DNA from: Microbotryum violaceum
Lineage: Eukaryota
Assembly: GCA_001244265.2 (NCBI GenBank)
Contig: CDLV01000008.1
Span: 1,488,001-1,552,000, forward strand
Reading direction: 5' to 3'
Length of the DNA: 64,000 nt
The position numbers and the translations under genes were made by a program. Under the pieces are notes generated by a model. That model did no database searches. It was given only the letters and a program-made list of their open reading frames with translations, and was not told the DNA's origin. Position 1 is the stretch's first letter. Each line of letters begins with the position of its first letter. Of this stretch, positions 16,120 to 27,129 are shown in pieces.

Positions 16120-17039
16120 ACCATCTAGACAACACATGTGGCGTACCTTCAAGGTTAAGAGTTGTATTTTGATGCTTGGGAAGAATGGGCTGTCCTTTGG
16201 AATAGCCTTGGGTTGTGAAACGCTTAGACGGGAGAGGTTCGGAGCTAATGCTGGTGAAAGCGAGCCGACTTGGAGGGTAGAAGCGGAATTCACACTCTCA
16301 ACACTGCTTTGACTGCGCAGCTACGGCCAACCGGGATCGCTGTTCTGGGAGCACAGGAGAGGCATTGTTGACTTCTCTTGCTTGATGGTGTGGTGGAAGG
16401 GAGTGTCGTGGGCGAGCCGCGTGGAACAAGGTGAGTCATTGTCACGGTCGTCCTGATGATCGTTGTGCTAATCGTCCACATAATTGTCACAGTTCTCCTC
16501 GCAGTCCTCTGCGGACTTGATGCGATTAGGCAAGTCGCTTGTACGATCGGTGATAGGAAATTCTCCTGTTGGAGTCGGGGATTTCGATGGCCGCGGTGCG
16601 GACACCGTGCAGGTCAGTGCTTCAGCTTGAAGGTCGCCAGAATCGACCTGAGGATGCGCTGAGTTTGCCGACTCGGGGACCGACTGGCCGTTTCCTTTCC
16701 TGATTCGACGATTGGTTACTACCGTTGATTGGCGTTTGATGCTTGGGAATTTTAATCTCGACTTGGGAGTCCGCCATTGGGGCCGGTCTCCAGCTCCAGA
16801 ACGAGTCCGAGTCCAGGGCCCGGCGTCACGGTCGGGAAGTTGGCGGTTCCGCAATCTCATTGATGAAAGATTTGAGTCCGTGCCTCCTGGCACAAAGCTG
16901 GAGGTCGCAATTGGCTGGTTCGCAAAAGTCAAACAGTGCCATAGTGTTGACGTCGATGGGCGGTGTGGGGACAATTAGGTGAACAAATGTGAACAAAGGC
17001 TTCGAGCTGAGTGCGCCTCCTGTTGTTCCACATGGCACG

Positions 17040-17316
17040 TGCGTGCGCGGGCGTATCCTTACGCATGTCACGTGCGCGCGCGGGCGTATCCTTACACATG
17101 TCGACACATGTAAGGATACGAAGGTGCGGTAAGGATACGGGAGGTGCGGTAAGGACACAGAAATTTTGAATCACTACAAGTCTTGCAATACACATGCTAT
17201 CATGTAGTCCTTGCAGACACCATTCAGAAATAGTTATATGTTGATGTTACAATATCAAGATGAACAGATTTGGTTGTGTATTGACCTTAACTCATGTGTA
17301 AGGATATATCCTTACA
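17040..17316. repeat. Cluster of TAAGGATA/TATCCTTA motifs and palindromes, probably a transposon subterminal region
   Basis: Hairpin with 12-bp arms at 17085-17120; perfect 20-bp palindrome TGTAAGGATATATCCTTACA at 17297-17316; direct repeats ggtgcggtaagga. Confidence 0.6.
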
Positions 17317-17329
17317 TGTGTCGTGGCAG

Positions 17330-17714
17330 GCCGAGCACGTAACGCGGACTCCAACGAGCGGTGTTGATTGGACTCAGAGGTGGCTTGCACGCGGATACTA
17401 TCTAAGGCTCTGGTCTCGTTCACTCTCTCCTTCTTCTTTAACACACACTCAATATCTATCTCGCCCATTTGCCTGCTACAAGTTGATTGACCTTGGCGAT
17501 ACTCTATCTCACAATAGGACATCTATCAACGCCGTGTAGCTACAGCGAATCTTCATTCATTCATTGGTACTCCAAGTCCAAATCCACAACAGGGAGCAAA
17601 GATACTTGAAAACCAGGCAAGAGCGCCTAGGAAAAAAAAAGGGACAATATACAAAAAGTCACAAACGGGAACACCGAGAAAGGAAAATACTAAAACAAGG
17701 GGTCTTGGTAATTA
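17330..17714 (-). mobile_element. Diverged 3' UTR fragment of LINE family F
   Basis: gccgagcac.taacgcggactccaacg and gggagcaaagatact.gaaaaccaggcaagagcgcctag match 25734-25900. Confidence 0.8.
17362..17591 (+). repeat. Solo LTR (single-unit relative of 18452-18826)
   Basis: TGTTG...CAACA ends; shares gattgacctt...ctatctcacaatag; absent from the F copy at 25.7 kb; no TSD seen. Confidence 0.7.
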
Positions 17715-18451
17715 TTTTTTTTGTATGAAACTCATTGCTAATTTGCAAGACGAGAAAACCCCCTACGGAACTAAGGGAGATACTGCCCAGTATGCACGAT
17801 GATGACCACAACCGCCGCTTGATGCGTTGTAACTAGCAAGACAGACCAACCCGATAGATACATCCGAGTTCAAGTCCCCCCCACCCACGGTTGCTCCCTC
17901 CCAGAGACGAATGAAAGGAAGATTGAAGATAGTACACAAGGAATCAGGAAACGATGGAGGAATTGTTGGTGGTGGTACATGTGTTGTACAGGCGAATCGG
18001 ATCATAGTTGTACAGTTGAACCTTCTTCAATCTTTTGACTTCAGCCCCCCCCTGAGACCGCCATACTCCTTGAAGCCCCTTAATTCTTTGAGACGCGTCG
18101 AACAAGGCCTCCGATGGCACAAACATTCTGCTCAATCCGATCACATGGTCCAAAGGGGGGATATAACCCCCTGCGACCGCAGCAATCACATACCCCTTGT
18201 ACCCGTCTGCGCTGGGATCTCCACCGCGGATTCCAAACCCCTTTTCGGTTACCAAAGTCGGCCCCCCCTCGCGACCGCACGACCCCAGATCACCCCTATT
18301 CAATGACTGCAACTGCGAAACAGGCCTACTTCGCACAAAAACACACAATCCAGAGATTTTCGGGGAAAGTCACGGAGCATGTGACAGTCCATTGGACACG
18401 CCTCGGTCTGCAGCGCGGGCGGGTGGCCGACAACACCGGCGCGCGGCTGGA

Positions 18452-18826
<375 letters not shown>

Positions 18827-19472
18827 CTGGAGACAAGAGGCGGGTATACCTTCCGCAGGGGCCTTGCTTCCCTGCGGCGTACTTCCAATCTCGGAACGCA
18901 CACTTGAGTCCCATTGTACGTGCAGGTGGTTCCCAATCACTGCAGATACTGGGGAAAGAAGGAGCATGAGTCCCACGATGGTGATGTCATTGAGTGGGAC
19001 CTCGCTCGAGTGTGGATGTGTATGGCTGTTCAGTACCCGAGTCACCCGCCGCGCGGCCGGACTCCGAGCGAGCAGCAAAGCAAGGAGAGGCGAGCCACGC
19101 AGGCAGTTTGTGCCGGCCTTGAACAGGAGATCACGGAGTCGCTCGACCAAAAGAGGAGACAGACCCGGCCCTTGAGAGGAGTGGAAAACTCACGGCGGAG
19201 TCCAGGAGAGGGTCAAGGGGATCCGCTTTCGCTGTGTGTCATCGTGATGTGGCAGAAGCTCGAACCAAGGGCGACAATGCCCGCCGGCGCAAAGAACCCG
19301 AGGCTCCTGGGGCGTACGGAAGCCTATGAGGAGGAATGGCAAAAAGAGCGAGAGAAAACAGGTTCAGTATTCTGGCGTGTTTGGGAGACATTGGAGAGAT
19401 TGAGAAAGAGGGAAAGGGGACTTGTGATTTTTATTTTATTTTTGGTTGGGTAGGGAGGGAGCGCCGTCTACT

Positions 19473-22400
19473 TCATCGTGCCAGTCTGAGCTCCAACCTC
19501 TCCTTCAGTCCGGCCATCTCCTTGTCCATGCTCGACATCGCTCTGGCCTGGCGATGGAGATCCCAGCGTCGGTTGCTGAGAGTGTCAAGCGCCAGCGCAA
19601 TGAAGGCGCGGGTTGGGCGCTTTTTCGAAGCCGGAAGGCGAGCGCGCAGTCGAGGGAGGCCGTGCTCGATCTGAAGTGCCGTGTAGTCGAGGTCGAGGAT
19701 CGACACGACCCCCAGCGCGTCGCAGAGAATGTACCTAGCTGCTTGCCAAAACTGAGAAGAGTCAGGGCAATCATGCCAAAAGTGAGTAAAGTCATCCTCC
19801 ACCCCTGCCAGGCTGCATGCCTGCACAAGGCAGCAGGCTGAGTCGCCATGCCGCTGCACAAACTGGCGCTTCCGCGTTGGCGTGAAGTGGTACGCCAGCT
19901 TGAAGTGCACCTCGCGCTCGCGGGCCGTGGCGGGCCCGGTGTTGAACCACCCCCAGAAGAGTCGCCTTTCTTTGGGTGTGGCGAGTGATCCAGGGCGTTG
20001 TGTGTCGTCGAAACGTCGATGGTTGATGACGCGTCGAAGTCGCGCAATGGTGTAAGGTCTGTCCAAGCTCAACATTCTCCACTGATCAGCACGCAAGGGG
20101 GCGGAGGGGAGGGAAAGTTTTTGATCAGGCATGCCGACCAGAGTCGCTCTGGGCAAGATATGCTCGAGGGGACCACCGGGCCGGACTCCAGGTGCTCCAA
20201 CAACACGAATGACGGGTGGTCGACGTGCGAGGACGGGAACAGGAGGCGGAAGCGGCGGGATGAAGCGATCGCCTGCGACCTGGATCCACGCCTGGACTTG
20301 ATCGCGCTTCCATTGCCACAGGTTGGACAGCTCCGAGCCGTCGCCTTGGGGATGCTTCTCAGGGGTCCAGGGCACCGTTGGAGCTGCGGGGTATTGGGCT
20401 CGCGCATAGATGTCAGCGATGGTGCGTTCGAAACTGAAAAGCTTCGCCAAACGCTTATCCTGCTCCGAGAACACCCGCGAGTCATGCAGACCAGGTTGGA
20501 GGGGAGAAAGAGAGAGAAAATTGGAGACCGAAAGTTTGGCAGGATCGACGACGGCAGGGTAGCGTTCAGCGACCGAGAGCACCGCTCGCCAGCGGGGATG
20601 TAGCTCCCGGGGTGCGTCGGCGTTCCTCCACGTCCACAGATCCGTAGCAAAGTCAAAGGTCGGAAGCGCTCGCCGGATGGAACTCCGAGCCAGCTCGCCC
20701 CAAATCGCAGTTGACCCGCCGGCCAGCACGTCCCAAATCCGTACCGAGACTGAATCCACCACATCTTGGATGCTCACGACGCTGAGACCACCTCGCGCCC
20801 GTGCCGTGAAGACGACCGATTGCTTGTAGTCGCTGCGCCGCGGTCCTCCCTTCACAAAGTCGGCAAGCTTGCGCTCGATCGCCTTGATCACGTCGGATGG
20901 CGGTATGTCGGCGGAGAGAGAGAGCAACACCTTGGAGATGCCGTAGCGGTTGAGATAGAAAGCCCGGGTATGATGCGTCATCCATCGGTCGCGCACCGAG
21001 AGAATCACTCGATCAACCCTTCGCTCAAGATCATGGAATCCCAGCCTGTTGTTGCCGTCAGGCGCAAACTGGAGACCGATCCAGGGAAGAGACTCGTCCG
21101 GTGCCACGAATGACAGTTTGGACAAGTCCGCGCGATCCCACAACGTCGCGCCCAATGGCATCACCACGGTTTTGTCGGTGTTTAGGCGTCCGTTCGTCGC
21201 GAGTCGCCAATCCCGAGCTAACGCCTCGAGCGAAGCAATAGCGTCCGGTCCAGCGACAGCGACGACGGCGTCATCCGCGAACGCCAAATTGGTGATGCAT
21301 CGAGTCTGCGGACGAGGAGCCAGCTCCGGAAGGGTGATAGTCAGCGCAAAGTTGCGTCGACTGAGAGAATCAAGGAAGGGTTGGAATACCACATCCCAGA
21401 TAGAAGAAGAGAGAGGATCGCCCTGGCCAAGACCGCACAGGAGTCGCACCGTCTCGGTAAGGAAACCGTTGACAATGTACCGCGCTGTGGACGTCTCGCC
21501 GTTGTAGAGCATCCGCAAGACGCGCTGGAAAGATTCCGGCGCGCCGAGAGCCTCAAACACCGCAAAGACCCAATCGTGCTCGACCATGTCGTAAGCCGAG
21601 CTCTGATCCAGGGAGAGGAGCGCTGCTGTCGGGAACTCTGCCCCACGACCCCTAATCTCATCGATCAGGAGCCGCAGATGCAAAGCCGCGTCCGCTGGTC
21701 TTCGCCCCTTGACGAACCCATGCTGTCCGGCCGGAAGAACATCGGGGAGGATCCGGTTCAGACGAGCCACGTAGACCTTGGTGAAGATCTTGTAGTCGCA
21801 TTCCCGCAAGGTGATCGGACGATACGATTTGAGGTCGCACCGCGCTGCACCAGGTTTGTTGTGTTTGAACAAGAGGCGCACATTGGCCTGGCTCTGTTGT
21901 GGAGTAAGGGAGCCTCGAGTAATCAGCTCGTTGTAGGCTCGAGTCAAGAGAGGGGCCCAAAGCAGGGGGCAGGCTCGATACATCTCATAGGGGACCCCTG
22001 AAGGACCCGGAGATCGACCTTCGTGCGTGGTTCGAATCGCTGCGAGCACCTCGGCCTCGCTGATGGGCTCGGCCAGAATGTCGACGTGCGAATTCGAGAA
22101 CCGCCGAAGGAAGCGAGCGTCGGAAAGCGGGTCGTCACAAGGTCTTGCTGATCTGATGGGTCCCAAGAGCTCATCCCGCATCGTCACGACCTGTTCCGGA
22201 TCCTTCGCTTCGACAAGGTAGTGCTGCTGGAAATGAGAATGGGTGTGTTCGAGCGCGCGCTCAATGTCAGTGGTGAGCTCGCCATCAGCGAGCCGGATAC
22301 TCTGAAACTTCACATCGCGGGACCGAGCAGCCAGTTTGGCATGTACCGGACGACTGAGACGTTCCTCGGATGCAATCTCGGGAACGTGCGCCCTGATCCG

Positions 22401-23513
22401 GGACTGCCTTGCTCGCTCGTTCACAAGCTTGGAGAGAGCGTCGTGGGTGTTCGTCCAGTCGATAATATCGAAGGGGCTCAGCACCCGACGAGACTCAATG
22501 TCCTGCAGTCGAGATACCAGCATCATCTCGAGGGCGTTGCGCTCCCGAAACAGACGCCGAGACAGCTCGAGAGCTTGGACCCGAGACTCCGAGAGTACGC
22601 GCTGAAGGTCCGCGACCGGATCCCCAGACGGCGCCTGCTCAAGGAGAGGAGTGACGAACTCCTTAAACTCGGCGTGTTTGAAGGTCGACGAGTTGATGCG
22701 GGTCAGAAAATGCGCCGCCTGGGGAAGGCAGAGCTCCTCTTCGACCTCGGCACCACTTGCGCGCAGCCTAAATGTGACCATAACCGGTCGATGATCCGAC
22801 ATGGGTCGAGAGATATTGTACAGAGTAGAAGCAGAAACGATCCGTCGCTCGTGTCGCCGCTGCACCAGAACAAAGTCGATGCGCGCGCGCGAAATGAGCT
22901 GGCCATCCTTGCTGAGATGCGGGCGCGTGGTCGCCGGCGACAGTGGGTGCATGAGCCGAATGGCATCCGTGTACGCCCCGTCAAGCCGAGACATAAGCAC
23001 AGGCCAGTGGTGGGTGTTCGGGCCGTCCACCTGTTGCGCTCGATCCACCGCGGGAATAGGGCAGTCGTTCAGATCGCCCGCGATGAACCGAATGTGAGAG
23101 GAGACGGTCGCCCGAAAGTGAAGGGAGGTGAAGAAGAGGAGGCGCTCGGCGGGTTGAACCGGAGCGTAGATATTGTTGAGTTCGACGACGTCCGTCGAAC
23201 CCCGCACATCGAAGGTGGTCACGAGTAAGCGCCCGCCAAGAGACTGACGCGTGCGACGATGACCACCGAGAAGAGGAGAAGAGCTTGGAATCAAAGTGAG
23301 GCAGTGTTGAGAAAAGTAGGCCTCGCCCTGGTGGGACTGGGCGTACTCGTGGCGTATGTGAGGTTGCCGTGCTTTAGGAACATTATGTTCCTGGAGAAGG
23401 ATAGCAGAAGGGGGAGGTGTGAGCGAAGTGATATACGAAAGAAGCCGACGACGTCGTTCAGGGGTATTGAAGCCCCTGTTGACGTTCCAGGTCATGATGA
23501 TGAAGTCAATCAT
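19473..23513 (-). CDS. LINE ORF2p: APE endonuclease + reverse transcriptase + C-terminal CCHC, intact 1346 aa
   Basis: TWNVNRG, LLQEH, NIYAP, AGDLN, RIDFVL, SDHRPV; RT GQGDPLS and FADD; C..C....EDDFTHFWHDC. Confidence 0.97.
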   Translation of the reverse strand: MIDFIIMTWNVNRGFNTPERRRRLLSYITSLTPPPSAILLQEHNVPKARQPHIRHEYAQSHQGEAYFSQHCLTLIPSSSPLLGGHRRTRQSLGGRLLVTTFDVRGSTDVVELNNIYAPVQPAERLLFFTSLHFRATVSSHIRFIAGDLNDCPIPAVDRAQQVDGPNTHHWPVLMSRLDGAYTDAIRLMHPLSPATTRPHLSKDGQLISRARIDFVLVQRRHERRIVSASTLYNISRPMSDHRPVMVTFRLRASGAEVEEELCLPQAAHFLTRINSSTFKHAEFKEFVTPLLEQAPSGDPVADLQRVLSESRVQALELSRRLFRERNALEMMLVSRLQDIESRRVLSPFDIIDWTNTHDALSKLVNERARQSRIRAHVPEIASEERLSRPVHAKLAARSRDVKFQSIRLADGELTTDIERALEHTHSHFQQHYLVEAKDPEQVVTMRDELLGPIRSARPCDDPLSDARFLRRFSNSHVDILAEPISEAEVLAAIRTTHEGRSPGPSGVPYEMYRACPLLWAPLLTRAYNELITRGSLTPQQSQANVRLLFKHNKPGAARCDLKSYRPITLRECDYKIFTKVYVARLNRILPDVLPAGQHGFVKGRRPADAALHLRLLIDEIRGRGAEFPTAALLSLDQSSAYDMVEHDWVFAVFEALGAPESFQRVLRMLYNGETSTARYIVNGFLTETVRLLCGLGQGDPLSSSIWDVVFQPFLDSLSRRNFALTITLPELAPRPQTRCITNLAFADDAVVAVAGPDAIASLEALARDWRLATNGRLNTDKTVVMPLGATLWDRADLSKLSFVAPDESLPWIGLQFAPDGNNRLGFHDLERRVDRVILSVRDRWMTHHTRAFYLNRYGISKVLLSLSADIPPSDVIKAIERKLADFVKGGPRRSDYKQSVVFTARARGGLSVVSIQDVVDSVSVRIWDVLAGGSTAIWGELARSSIRRALPTFDFATDLWTWRNADAPRELHPRWRAVLSVAERYPAVVDPAKLSVSNFLSLSPLQPGLHDSRVFSEQDKRLAKLFSFERTIADIYARAQYPAAPTVPWTPEKHPQGDGSELSNLWQWKRDQVQAWIQVAGDRFIPPLPPPVPVLARRPPVIRVVGAPGVRPGGPLEHILPRATLVGMPDQKLSLPSAPLRADQWRMLSLDRPYTIARLRRVINHRRFDDTQRPGSLATPKERRLFWGWFNTGPATAREREVHFKLAYHFTPTRKRQFVQRHGDSACCLVQACSLAGVEDDFTHFWHDCPDSSQFWQAARYILCDALGVVSILDLDYTALQIEHGLPRLRARLPASKKRPTRAFIALALDTLSNRRWDLHRQARAMSSMDKEMAGLKERLELRLAR

Positions 23514-25491
23514 TACGATTGCGCCTTCGTTGCAGCAGCAGCTCCCTTGATGGACAACATAGGTCCGAATGTGGGTGAGGGGAGCGGGTCCGCAGCAGTC
23601 GATTCGTTCCAGTCCGATGTGCGCGCAACGCTGGTGAGACGCTGGATACGCTCGGACCGGCGAAGACCCTGGGAACTTCCTTTGTCCACCTCCTGCTTGG
23701 GCTCGGGCTCGGGATCAAACACTGGACCTGGAGACGGCGAAGGCATCCAACCGGTTACAGACGGGGTGCGGTCCAACTCGGTGATCTCATCGTACAGACC
23801 AGCATCCTGTTTGCGCTCGCGGTCCGACACACGATTCATCCAGTCGTCGGGAAGGCCGTCCATATCAAGCTGATGGTGACTGGCCGATCGGGACCGCGTC
23901 AGCTCAGGGGTCGTCGAAACAACCACAGGCACAGTGCCCGTCTCGGCCGACTGCGATTCCCCTTCTTCCGCGTCACTCGTCTCCGTGTGTTCCTCCTGGC
24001 TCCCCTCCGCTCCGCGGTCCTGCAGATCCGACAGATCCGAAGGCTCCAACGGCGGCACCTCCTGCTGTTGTTCCAGCTGTGCCTCGACTACGCTCATCGC
24101 GTCCTCGTCGTCCTCGAGAGCCTGAGCGGGCTCCTCCTGCGCCTCTTCGGCCACGTCGCCGGCCAGACTTGCGAATGGGTTCGCGGCGACGATGAAACCG
24201 CGAGGGGCGGATGCTGTGGGTGTAGAGCTTTGTGAACGAGTGGGGTAGACTCGTGGTGAGTTGTTAGTGTCCCTTGAGGGAGATGCGTTCTTCTTTGAAC
24301 GCTTGAACGCGACAGGAGACATTGGGGGAGAGGGAGAGGCTACATCACTGCGTTGTTTTTGGGGGTCGAGGTTTGCTCGATGTTGCTTTGGGGCTCGGCC
24401 TGGGGCCTTTGGTTGTTGTTTTTCTTCTGGGCGGCCTGCTGACGCTGGACCGCCTTTTGGACGCAGCTGTCGATGTGGCCTACGAAGCCGCATCGGCGAC
24501 AAGAAGCTTCGGACTCGAAGTCGTGTCGAAGTGGCGTGACTTGGGCGAGTCGTCCCCGGAGGTCGATCCTCGTCGGGAGAATTTGTCGTAGCTGGGCTCC
24601 CTGATTCTTGAAGAGGTCGTCGTTGTCGAACCTGACGATGGCTGAGTAGTTGCCTCGAGCGACCAAATAGGAGTCCTGTACAACGTGGAGGGGCTGCTGG
24701 AGTTGCAGCAAAGAGCAGCTGTGGCCGCCGGCGGTGATCTGTGCGACGAGACCTTGCAGCTTCGTCCAAAGGAGGTCGGTCGTGTAATCGACGTCGGGGC
24801 TGATCACGAAACGCAACTCGACGACATTCTTGACGAAAGCCAGGCGTTTGCGGACTTGGACAGGCGAGCGTTGCCACTCGATCTTGGTCGCCGCTTCATG
24901 CACCTTGTCAAGAGCCTCCACGCTGGCGCATCGCACGACGAACTTGAAACGGGTGTTACCGTTGATCTGGACCGCCTCCGGGGTGACCCCATGGATGACC
25001 GGTGCATACTTGGCTAGCTCGGGTGGGAGGACCACTCCGGCGGGAAGGTTGAAGCATAGGGATGTGTCCGGCGATAACGTGCGGAGCACCTTGGAGTACG
25101 CGTCCGCCTTCTCGCGCTCACTAGCGACACCTTTGTGATGCATGCTGATCTCGAGAACAGCGCCAGACCTGTCTTCGATAGGTTTGGTCGCGTTGAGTGC
25201 GCTGAAGCGCAAGGAGGTCGCCCGATCCTTGCCGAAGCCGGGTGCGTCCTTGAGGACGAGGATGCGAGTGCCCTGGCGGGTGCCGTCCTCGACACTGATC
25301 ATCTTCGGGATTCTCGCGACATCCTCTTTCCTCTTCTTTTCTTCATCACGCTTTTCCTGGTACAGCGCTAGGCCGGGGTTCGCTGGTCCCTCGGCGGCAT
25401 CGGCCTCCGCCCCCGCGTCACCACGTGGTTGTCCCGTCGCTGCCGGATCCGGAGGGCCGCGGCCCGGATCAGGCGGTGCCTGGTCAGACAT
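23513..25491 (-). CDS. LINE ORF1p (Gag-like, zinc knuckle) split by a -1 frame change near 24340-24430
   Basis: MSDQAPPDPGRGPPDP start; CRRCGFVGHIDSC knuckle; the second frame ends in a TAATG overlap with the ORF2 ATG. Confidence 0.8.
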
Positions 25492-25577
25492 CGGGTCGAT
25501 AGCTGGTGTAGCAGTTGATGTATTCGATGTATTGACGTTTGCCGAGGTAGAGTAGCGCGATTGGGATGACGAAAATG

Positions 25578-26871
25578 TTTTTTTTTTTTTGACTGGGGCT
25601 CATAAATTGCAATCCTTCGGGTTGGCTGGGACCGCTACAAAAAGAGCTCAAGGAGGTTATAAAGCAACGACGGCAAGCAGTTGGGTGAAAGTCAAACCCC
25701 TGCGCGCAAAGAGCGCTGCGCAGATCAAAACTCGCCGAGCACCTAACGCGGACTCCAACGGGCGGTGAGTACTGCTGCCGCTTCACGTCCCAAGAGCGGG
25801 AGCAAAGATACTCGAAAACCAGGCAAGAGCGCCTAGAGAAAGAAGGGGGAGAGTATACAGAAAGTCACGACTGGGGATACGGAGAACCAGGAATACTAAG
25901 ACAGAGAGGAGGGAAACACCGAGGGGCCAAGGGAGGGGGTCGAAGCCGGAGGTAGAGGTCCCCAGGGACTAACAGGCCGCAGCCAAGCCCCAGCTACTCG
26001 TCACCCCGACAGCGCCTGATGTCCTCCCTTGGCTGAATCTCGAGTGCTGGCTGTTGAGCCGTCGGGGCCGAGAGAAAAGCGATCCAGTACAACGAAACGA
26101 GCCTCGCCTTGACGCGAGGATATTGACCAGAAACGAGCGACCTTCCTTCCCGAGCCATGCCGTAGATCTTGACCAACGCGAACGAACGAACCATTCAACG
26201 GAATCCAACACACGGCTTAGGAGTAAAAGGAGAAGTGGCTGAAGCGTAGTCAACAACCGAGCAACAGGAACGAGAAGAGGAAGGGAAGGGAAAAAAGGGG
26301 GGAAAGGAGAGGGAAAACTTCACAAAGCCTCCAACGCAAAGATAATCGACCTGGCTTGCCGATCCATCCAAGAACTAAAAAACCGCTACTGCGCAAAGTA
26401 GAGAGAGAGAGGGAGAGGTGCGCAGCCTTCCACTGCGCAACAAGTTCCAAGACAGTCAGCTTCTAAAAGAGGAGTCGACCTCCGAAAAAGAAGGGAGGAA
26501 AGGAGGGGAGGAAAATCGGAAGGAAGGACTTAACTCGGTCACCACACCTCCCAATCTCGAGCCCCAGGCACAAAACCCGCTCGAGAGAGAAAATCTCGCT
26601 CAAACGCTCTGAGTGCACTGGGGAGCGAGGGAGGGGCCACGACCTTGTCCAGCTCGAACCGCTGATGAACGCGCCAGCGGAGCAGGTGCAGCCGCTGGAA
26701 GCCGATCGCGCAAGCCAGCCGAACCCACATCCATTTCGAGGTCGTTCTCCCACGACCCCGCAAAAGGGGAGCCCCATAGTCAGCTGCTCCGGAGTGAACG
26801 TCGACGGATCGACGTCGGTATCCTCGATGCCCAGCTTGTCGAACAGAATGCGAAGCACCCCACCCAGAAGC
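25578..26871 (-). mobile_element. 5'-truncated L1-like LINE, family F
   Basis: T-run at 25578-25590; ORF2 C-terminus SFW...LRILFDKLG...FTPEQLTMGLP, resembling D (YTALQIEHGLP) and E ([11 protein letters not shown]). Confidence 0.85.
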
Positions 26872-26879
26872 TGGTCGGG

Positions 26880-27118
26880 TTTTTTTTTTTTTGTAGAAAA
26901 CGTTCATCATATTGCCCCCAGTTCCTGTTCCCCCTGTTTTGGCCTACGGAAAAACTAGATGGAAGACTACGATGATAACACAAACCGCCCGCAACAGTGC
27001 GAGAAACGAGCCAAGTCCACCAATCCGAGATTCGGATTCAAATGCCCTAGCCAAGCGGTTGCTCCCCCCAGGAGACTAATGAGAGAGAGAAAGAGAGATG
27101 AAGAGAAAAAAAGAAAGA
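26880..27118 (-). mobile_element. Short 3' fragment of LINE family E
   Basis: Near-identical to 31792-32030; T-run at 26880-26892; flanked by TGGTCGGG direct repeats. Confidence 0.92.
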
Positions 27119-27129
27119 TGGTCGGGGGG

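Noticed and set aside
17297-17329. Helitron 3' hairpin
   Set aside because: No CTRR end and no Rep/helicase coding sequence
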